Position numbers and translations under genes: made by a program. Of a stretch of DNA of 13,905 bases, positions 1 through 5,379 are shown piece by piece; the stretch's first letter is position 1; every line of letters begins with the position of its first letter. The notes under the pieces are model-generated. The model did no database searches and was not told the origin of the DNA. It was given only the letters and a program-made list of their open reading frames with translations. The stretch is from Candidatus Omnitrophota bacterium (lineage in GTDB: Bacteria > Ratteibacteria > UBA8468 > MWAK01), in contig JAZDPL010000093.1 in the NCBI GenBank assembly GCA_043797665.1, positions 1 to 13,905 on the forward strand, given 5' to 3'.

Positions 1-43
1 ACTCCATATATTCCGCTTGTATACTATTTTATTTACTATTAGG

Positions 44-72
44 ATTTTAACATAAATAAAAACCTGTGTCAA
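44..72 (-). promoter_or_regulatory. sigma70-type promoter directed leftwards, out of the window
   Basis: Minus strand reads TTGACA (72-67), 17-nt spacer, then TAAAAT (49-44) preceded by TGt (extended -10). A GGAG (5-2) at the window edge suggests a gene starts just outside. Confidence 0.75.
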
Positions 73-157
73 GTTTGGAGGGAGGATGCGATATAATATA
101 AGACAGGGATTAGCCTTTCGGCTTAATCAGAAATTATTGGGTTTTTGATGTTTTTGA

Positions 158-1246
158 TTATCTCCTGATTACTGAACCCCCGGTAACCAGTTGAGGCGGG
201 AGCAATATATGCCTGGGTGCCGTACCCGGTTTCCGTATCATGTGAATTAAGCCGCGCACCGCGAGCTTACCCATCTTTTCCTTCGGGACGTCCATGGTGG
301 CCAACGGCGGTTTTGAATATCTGCCGTCTGCGATACCGTCAAATCCGATAACGCTTATTTCCCCGGGAACTTTAATCTTTTGCTCCTGCAGTGCCTTCAT
401 AACTCCAAGGGCGGCGCCGTCACTCACCGCAAAGATCGCGGTTATCCCGGCCTTTTCTTTTAAGAGTTTGCGGCACACCTCGTATCCCAGTCTTTCCGCC
501 TCCCTGGTTCCTCTTCCCATAACTTTTACCTCGTCCGGCGAAAATACGGAAACGTCCCGGATATGCAAAACTTCCAATGCCTGCCGGTACCCCTCGACCC
601 GAAGCGGGTAACTGTTTCCAAAACAGGGAATTGTCACGCATGCAATCTTCCGGTGTCCGAGGGAAATCAGATATTGAACGGCTTCGAACGCACCGCCGAC
701 ATTATCGCTCGCCACCGAAGAAAAATTATCGTCGGCGTAGTCTATGAGCATAACCGGAACCGTTTCGTGCAAATCCAGAAGCGCATCCAGGTCCACCTCG
801 TGTGTTACGTCTACCGCAAGCACCCCGGAAATTCTTTTGGGGTCGATAGAGTCAACCAGTTCTTTCTTATGCTTCAAGTAACGGGAATGCGTTGTGAAGA
901 TAAGATTATATCCGAAGAGGTTTGCCTCTTCGTCCATTCCTTTCCACACGCTTCCGAAAAATTCATCATAAAAAAAGGTCTTGACGGAAAGAGGCAGGAG
1001 CGCAAGGAATGTAAGAGACCCCGAGGGATAGCACCTTCTCTTAACGAGTACCCCTTTGCCGCGCTGCTGGATAAGAAGGTTTTCGCGGGCAAGTTCTGCT
1101 GTTGCCCGCCGTACGGTAATCCGGCTTACGGCGTATTTCTCACACAGCTGTTTTTCCGAAGGGAGGTACTCCTCTTCTTTAAAAACTCCGGTTTCGATAT
1201 TCTTCCGGATATCATTTTTGACCTTTGCGTAGAGGTATCTGCTCAT
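158..1246 (-). CDS. GntR-family wHTH + LacI/periplasmic-binding-protein-like effector domain transcriptional regulator (AraR-like architecture), ~362 aa
   Basis: N-terminal YLYAKVKNDIRKNIETGVFKEEEYLPSEKQLCEKYAVSRITVRRATAELARENLLIQQRGKG is a GntR HTH. C-terminal SDNVGGAFEAVQYLISLGHRKIA, TAIFAVSDGAALG and VPGEISVIGFDG..PPLATM are LacI-type motifs. Start moved from 1357 to the ATG at 1246, where the GntR domain begins just after a -10 box. Confidence 0.92.
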   Translation of the reverse strand: MSRYLYAKVKNDIRKNIETGVFKEEEYLPSEKQLCEKYAVSRITVRRATAELARENLLIQQRGKGVLVKRRCYPSGSLTFLALLPLSVKTFFYDEFFGSVWKGMDEEANLFGYNLIFTTHSRYLKHKKELVDSIDPKRISGVLAVDVTHEVDLDALLDLHETVPVMLIDYADDNFSSVASDNVGGAFEAVQYLISLGHRKIACVTIPCFGNSYPLRVEGYRQALEVLHIRDVSVFSPDEVKVMGRGTREAERLGYEVCRKLLKEKAGITAIFAVSDGAALGVMKALQEQKIKVPGEISVIGFDGIADGRYSKPPLATMDVPKEKMGKLAVRGLIHMIRKPGTAPRHILLPPQLVTGGSVIRR

Positions 1247-1255
1247 ATCATACTT

Positions 1256-1320
1256 ATTATAACATATCCTTGTGCTGCCAGCACATACTCTTGACCAATC
1301 TTCTGATAGGGTGGTAATAT
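1256..1320. promoter_or_regulatory. Divergent promoters with a central perfect palindrome (candidate operator)
   Basis: Minus strand: extended -10 TGTTATAAT at 1264-1256. Plus strand: TTGACC (1291-1296), 18 nt, TAATAT (1315-1320) preceded by TGg. Palindrome TGTGCTG-C-CAGCACA at 1271-1285. Confidence 0.6.
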
Positions 1321-1341
1321 CATCGGGTGATGGAGCCCCTG

Positions 1342-1614
1342 ATGACCGGATCGACAAAACGGATACTGGATGCGATTAACCAGCGGCAACAGGACCGTAC
1401 GCCGCTCGAAGCATAAGCGCAGGCGCAATTTCAGGTCGCAAAATTTTTCGGGCTGGATATGGTCCGGCTCCATGGAGCTACTTCACGGGAGTATGGACGA
1501 CCCCGGAAGCTCGCGGAGGGGCGTTGGTTACTGAACGGCGTGGAATACGTCCTCAATCCGCGGACCCGGTTGATTGAGCTGGCCCATCCCGGCGCGTTTC
1601 AAAAGCAAACTTGA
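1342..1614 (+). pseudogene. Disrupted, truncated remnant resembling the N-terminus of a uroporphyrinogen decarboxylase (URO-D)/MtaA-like family protein
   Basis: GGAG at 1332-1335 precedes ATG 1342. Translation: MTGSTKRILDAINQRQQDRTPLEA*(TAA 1414-1416)AQAQFQVAKFFGLDMVRLHG...GAFQKQT*(TGA 1612-1614). The start resembles the MT.kERil.ain...pDRvP signature of URO-D-family proteins. Not in the supplied ORF track. Confidence 0.5.
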
Positions 1615-1681
1615 TTCGGCGCTTTTGGACGCCTAAAGAGAACCGACGGCTGCATCAAATTACAGACATGGAAGATTAACG

Positions 1682-1713
1682 GTACGCCTGAGAGGATTTG
1701 AACCTGCGGCACA
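1682..1713 (-). repeat. Displaced copy of the tRNA-Arg 3' end (att-like direct repeat of 1908-1939)
   Basis: gtacgcctgagaggatttgaacctgcggcaca versus gtgcgcctggcaggatttgaacctgcggcaca: 29/32 identical, including an exact 21-nt core. Confidence 0.9.
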
Positions 1714-1907
1714 ACTTCGCATCCGGCGGATAGACCTGGGCAGTCTTGCGCTGCCAGGTCTGAACATCCGCCTAAAACGCTCCGTTCCAGAAAGGGGGCT
1801 TCCCTTTCTGGTATCTATCCCCGAACCGAAAATCGCAGGGGAAGACCTCTTCCCCTGCACCCCTTGCCGTGCCTTGCTTCAAATCCTGCCTTTCAGGAAG
1901 CTTACAT
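1682..1907. mobile_element. Putative small non-coding tRNA-inserted element or island scar, highly structured
   Basis: Bounded by the tRNA 3' duplication. Contains hairpins at 1725-1772, 1787-1811 and 1835-1858, and an inverted T-arm copy TTCAAATCCTGCC at 1878-1890. No credible ORF and no integrase in the window. Confidence 0.5.
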
Positions 1908-1908
1908 G

Positions 1909-1983
1909 TGCGCCTGGCAGGATTTGAACCTGCGGCACAGGGATTAGGAATCCCTTGCTCTATCCGGGCTGAGCTACAGGCGC
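1909..1983 (-). tRNA. tRNA-Arg (anticodon CCT)
   Basis: GCGCCTG TA GCTC AGCCCGGATA GAGC A AGGGA TTCCTAA TCCCT GTGCC GCAGG TTCAAAT CCTGC CAGGCGC A forms a complete cloverleaf with anticodon CCT. CCA is not encoded (followed by CAT). Confidence 0.96.
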
Positions 1984-2008
1984 GGTAGACCTTTGAATTC
2001 ATCGCTGT

Positions 2009-2212
2009 TCAGCCGGTCTTTTCGTACCATACAGAAATAAAGATGACATTTTCCGGAGCACCGCTCATTCCGGTCGGCGCCTGACCGAAGGTTTCGTTAA
2101 TGAATTTTATATCGGTAATATTTTGCTCTTTAACCCATGCATTTATTTCATCCTCCACAAATTTCACGCCGCTCCGGGTCGTCCCGCCCATAAAATGTTT
2201 TACTTCCATCAT
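2009..2212 (-). CDS. Small hypothetical protein (~67 aa), immediately upstream of tRNA-Arg
   Basis: Strong SD GGAGG 8 nt before ATG 2212, and TATAAT on the minus strand at 2253-2248. Protein-like sequence MMEVKHFMGG...FVEDEINAWVKEQNITDIKFINETFG...VIFISVWYEKTG. Confidence 0.8.
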   Translation of the reverse strand: MMEVKHFMGGTTRSGVKFVEDEINAWVKEQNITDIKFINETFGQAPTGMSGAPENVIFISVWYEKTG

Positions 2213-2270
2213 CTTTCTCACCTCCTCCCGTGTATACTGCCGTTGGTATTATACCTTTTCTTTGGAAGAA

Positions 2271-2299
2271 TTGACAGGGCGCCCCGGCTACGGTAAAAT
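2271..2299 (+). promoter_or_regulatory. sigma70-type promoter for the LysM gene (and possibly phoH-ybeY-dgkA)
   Basis: TTGACA (2271-2276), 17 nt, TAAAAT (2294-2299). SD-like GAGGGG lies just before ATG 2317. Confidence 0.8.
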
Positions 2300-2316
2300 A
2301 GTAAATTGAGGGGAAT

Positions 2317-3108
2317 ATGACCGGAAAGACATTTTGCGTTTGTCTGGGCTTAACGTTGCTGATCGCTTACACGCCAAATCTTCAGCGCTGGAGCGTGGTG
2401 CCAGCCTTCGGCGAAGGCGGTGCCGACGGTTATCTGGTGGGCGGTCCTTCAGAAAATTTCCAGCCGGGTAACCTTGACCTGCAACGCGCTCCCCAGGGAA
2501 CCTTTCCAGAGGATACGTCCAGCCCAAACCTCATACGTCAGCCGCGTAAGTCTAAACAAGCAGATACATCAGCGGTCATTAAATCCGTACCCACGGTAGC
2601 GGAACTGGATGCGGCCAAGGCAAAGGCGACCGCAGAGACCGCGATGGAGGTGAGTAAAAAGGCGGAAGAGGTTGCCAACCAGTCAAAGGAAGAGTCTGCC
2701 CAGTCTAAAACCACCAGCGAAAAGGCGATTGAATCTGCCAACAATGCCATCTCCAAGGCTAACGAATCCATTGACCAGGCTAACCGCTCTATTGACCGGG
2801 TCAACGAAGTTAACCAGCAGATGAACGAGGATTTGGCGCGCACCCGGTTTAACCTGGAAAAGAAAGACCAGCAGATAGAGAAAGACGTGACAACCCTGAA
2901 AGAAGAGGTGGAAAAACTGAAGATAAAACCGCCGGAGTTCTATCTGGTTAAGAAGGGTGACTTCTTGATTAAGATTGCCGGTAAAGAAGGGGTCTACGGA
3001 GAGAGCCAGGATTGGAAGAAGATTTACCGGGCAAACCGCGGGAAGATTAAGGACCCCAACTTCATCTATCCGGGTCAGAAATTAATTATTCCGAGAGAGC
3101 AAAAATAA
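2317..3108 (+). CDS. Exported LysM peptidoglycan-binding protein with a long Ala/Ser-rich coiled coil
   Basis: Hydrophobic N-terminus (FCVCLGLTLLIAY), Pro-rich linker and heptad-patterned middle region. C-terminal LysM: YLVKKGDFLIKIAGKEGVYGESQDWKKIYRANRGKIKDPNFIYPGQKLIIP. Confidence 0.9.
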   Translation: MTGKTFCVCLGLTLLIAYTPNLQRWSVVPAFGEGGADGYLVGGPSENFQPGNLDLQRAPQGTFPEDTSSPNLIRQPRKSKQADTSAVIKSVPTVAELDAAKAKATAETAMEVSKKAEEVANQSKEESAQSKTTSEKAIESANNAISKANESIDQANRSIDRVNEVNQQMNEDLARTRFNLEKKDQQIEKDVTTLKEEVEKLKIKPPEFYLVKKGDFLIKIAGKEGVYGESQDWKKIYRANRGKIKDPNFIYPGQKLIIPREQK

Positions 3109-3125
3109 TTCCGAAGATTACAGAG

Positions 3126-3183
3126 AAGGGTAAATACTCAGTGATGGCCGTTTCCAGGTGTTTACTGAATATTTACCTTTTTT
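3126..3183 (+). terminator. Long hairpin with T-tract between the LysM gene and phoH
   Basis: AAGGGTAAATACTCAGTGA (3126-3144) pairs with TTACTGAATATTTACCTTT (3162-3180), with one mismatch and two G-U pairs, and is followed by TTT. Confidence 0.55.
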
Positions 3184-3186
3184 CAT

Positions 3187-4179
3187 ATGAAAAGGGTTTT
3201 GATTGTTGACCAGGAATTAGCACGCACCTTCTTTGGGCAGTTTGACCATAATATCCGGCAGTTGGAAAAGGAGTTCGGCGTAACCATTGCGGGCAGAGGG
3301 AATGAACTAATCATTAAGGGTGCCCGCAAAAAAGTGCTGATGACCCAGTCGGCGATAGAGGAACGGCTTGACCGCATCGTCAACAAAAAATCCCCGATTC
3401 TGGATATGCCGGACCGGCCGGAGGCTGAGGAAGAAGAGAGCATTTACATCGGCTCCAAGCGCCGGAATATCAACGCCAAGTCAGCCGGACAGAAGGCTTA
3501 CGTAGATGCTGTCCGGCAGAGGGATATTGTGGTAGGAATCGGACCGGCGGGTACCGGAAAGACCTACTTAGCGGTCGCCTTAGCCATCGAAAGCCTGCGA
3601 AAACATCAGGTGGAACGAATCATCTTCTCCCGGCCCGCCATTGAAGCCGGAGAAAAGTTAGGCTTCCTTCCCGGCGACTTAGAGGAGAAGATTAAGCCTT
3701 ACCTTCAGCCCATCTACGATGCCTTCTACGACTTAGTCTGGCCTGAGGAAATCCGGCGCCTGATGGACCACCACATCGTGGAGATTCTACCCCTGGCTTA
3801 TATGCGGGGCAGGACCCTCTCGGAAGCCTTTGTCATCCTTGACGAAGCCCAGAACGCCACGCCGGACCAGATGAAGATGTTCCTGACACGGTTAGGTGTG
3901 GGGTCAAAAGCGGTTATCACCGGAGACGTAACCCAGTCCGACCTGCCGATGGAAGTAATCTCGGGACTTGAAGACATTGAGCGTTTTTTGAAGACCATCC
4001 CGGGAATTCAGTTTGTCTATTTCGGCGAAGAGGATGTGGTGCGTCACCCCTTAGTGCGCGAAATCATCCGCGCTTATGAAAATGAGAAGCGAAAAAGACG
4101 GGATTTACTTGCAAAACCTCCAGCGCAAGGTAAAGGTAGACGTAAAAAGTCTCCGTCAGAAGATAAAGAGAGCGCTTGA
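3187..4179 (+). CDS. phoH: PhoH-family ATPase (PhoH/YbeZ-like)
   Basis: Walker A GPAGTGKT, plus RPAIEAGEKLGFLPGDL, PLAYMRGRTL, ILDEAQN, KMFLTRLG, GDVTQSDLP and DVVRHPLV. Confidence 0.96.
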   Translation: MKRVLIVDQELARTFFGQFDHNIRQLEKEFGVTIAGRGNELIIKGARKKVLMTQSAIEERLDRIVNKKSPILDMPDRPEAEEEESIYIGSKRRNINAKSAGQKAYVDAVRQRDIVVGIGPAGTGKTYLAVALAIESLRKHQVERIIFSRPAIEAGEKLGFLPGDLEEKIKPYLQPIYDAFYDLVWPEEIRRLMDHHIVEILPLAYMRGRTLSEAFVILDEAQNATPDQMKMFLTRLGVGSKAVITGDVTQSDLPMEVISGLEDIERFLKTIPGIQFVYFGEEDVVRHPLVREIIRAYENEKRKRRDLLAKPPAQGKGRRKKSPSEDKESA

Positions 4180-4549
4180 AGTATCCGGGCTTGAGTTCTG
4201 TAAGGGGTTGTCTGCGACAACCCCCAAGATCGGCATCATCCTGGTCAGTGATAAAAAGATTACTCTTTATAACCGGAAGTTTCTGGAAAGGGAGGGAAGT
4301 ACCGACGTTATCAGTTTCCGGTTGGGACCGGGAGAAGGGGATATTTTAATCTCGGTGGAGAGGGCCAAATCCCAGGCAAAGGAATATCACCATCCCCTGG
4401 AAAAAGAGTTGTTAATATTAGCCGTCCACGGTTTTCTCCATCTGGCGGGTTACGATGACCGCACCGAAAAAAAGCGTCGGCGGATGTTTGCGGAAACCGA
4501 ACGCATTGTAAGAGCAGCATACAGGGAATATGGACGAAAAGAGGCATAA
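4076..4549 (+). CDS. ybeY: rRNA maturation endoribonuclease YbeY
   Basis: NRKFLEREGSTDVISF, GDILISVERA and VHGFLHLAGYDD motifs, in the canonical position after phoH. The start may be 4076 or 4082. Confidence 0.93.
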   Translation: MKMRSEKDGIYLQNLQRKVKVDVKSLRQKIKRALEVSGLEFCKGLSATTPKIGIILVSDKKITLYNRKFLEREGSTDVISFRLGPGEGDILISVERAKSQAKEYHHPLEKELLILAVHGFLHLAGYDDRTEKKRRRMFAETERIVRAAYREYGRKEA

Positions 4550-5249
4550 GGAGTTCTCACTTCTGGATAGTTTTGATTCTGCTTTCCGGGGCTTGCTCTT
4601 CTGTGTCCGGCAGGAACGGAACTTCCGCATCCACCTGATAGTCGCTTTCTGCGTCCTCTTCGGCTCGTTCTTTCTGGACTTAAACCTGGTAGAATTCTAC
4701 GCACTGCTCCTGGTGGTTACCGCAGTTCTGGTGGCGGAGATGGTCAATACCGCCATGGAAAAACTATCTGACCTAATAATCCCGGACCACAACCGAAGAA
4801 TCCGGGAAATCAAGAACGTGGGTGCGGCCTGCGTTTTGATAACCGCGTTCGTTTCCCTCTTAATCGGTTACCTTATCCTGGGTACCCACCTGCCGGTAAA
4901 AGCGGAGATCGCCCTGACGGCAATTTCACGATGCCCCTGGTACCTTACGGTTATCGCCCTCTTAGGAACCATCGCCCTGGTCTTTGCCCTCAAGGTTATG
5001 CTCCACTCCAGGTCCCTCTTCCACGGCGGAATGCCCAGCGGACACGCTGCGCTCTCCTTTGCCCTGGTCTCTTCCATCTTCTTCGCCACCGGCAGCCCGC
5101 TGGTTACCGCCATGGCTTTACCCTTAGCCATACTGGTGGCACAGAGCCGGGTGCGCCGGGGTGTCCACACCTGGTTAGAGGTTGTTTACGGCGGTATCCT
5201 GGGCGCGGGCGTCGCCACCCTCATTTTCCAGGGCCTCCACCTCCCTTAA
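4530..5249 (+). CDS. dgkA: Diacylglycerol/undecaprenol kinase (DgkA) fused to a C-terminal PAP2-like phosphatase domain
   Basis: DgkA motifs: SFDSAFRGL..ERNFRIH, AEMVNTAMEKLSD, IKNVGAACVL. PAP2 motifs: GGMPSGHAALSFA, QSRVRRGVHTWLEVVYGGILG. Multiple transmembrane segments; follows ybeY. Confidence 0.9.
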   Translation: MDEKRHKEFSLLDSFDSAFRGLLFCVRQERNFRIHLIVAFCVLFGSFFLDLNLVEFYALLLVVTAVLVAEMVNTAMEKLSDLIIPDHNRRIREIKNVGAACVLITAFVSLLIGYLILGTHLPVKAEIALTAISRCPWYLTVIALLGTIALVFALKVMLHSRSLFHGGMPSGHAALSFALVSSIFFATGSPLVTAMALPLAILVAQSRVRRGVHTWLEVVYGGILGAGVATLIFQGLHLP

Positions 5250-5266
5250 CCCCTTCCCTGAAAACC

Positions 5267-5334
5267 TGTCATCCTGAGCCCCTTATGCATGCAGGGACGA
5301 AAGAATCTCAATCCTTTTCCGGTACTCTCAGGGT
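5267..5334. repeat. Degenerate intergenic palindromic repeat of the TGTCATCCTGAGC...GAATCT type
   Basis: TGTCATCCTGAGC-cccttatgcatgcaggg-ACGAAAGAATCTC, followed by a partial inverted arm CTCAGGGT (5327-5334; 7/8 match to the reverse complement of ATCCTGAG). Confidence 0.45.
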
Positions 5335-5340
5335 ACGAAC

Positions 5341-5370
5341 TTGACAAACTCGGCATTATTAGGGTATAAC
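5341..5370 (+). promoter_or_regulatory. Promoter of the second regulator and the downstream cluster
   Basis: TTGACA (5341-5346), 18 nt, TATAAC (5365-5370). The ORF-track TTG start at 5341 is the -35 box. Confidence 0.6.
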
Positions 5371-5379
5371 AATAGCAGA

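Noticed and set aside
563..1294. 243-aa plus-strand ORF
   Set aside because: Antisense shadow of the GntR/LacI regulator, with no SD or motifs.
1247..1357. 37-codon N-terminal extension of regulator 1
   Set aside because: Runs through promoter boxes and the palindrome. The GntR domain starts at ATG 1246.
1682..1760. A second complete tRNA, or a split/intron-containing tRNA
   Set aside because: Only the variable loop, T-arm and acceptor 3' strand are present, with no D-arm or anticodon arm, and the upstream tRNA is already complete.
1660..2002. Short ORFs 1660-1860 and 1772-2002 sharing the peptide CAAGSNP
   Set aside because: They are translations of the tRNA T-arm and its duplicate, not proteins.
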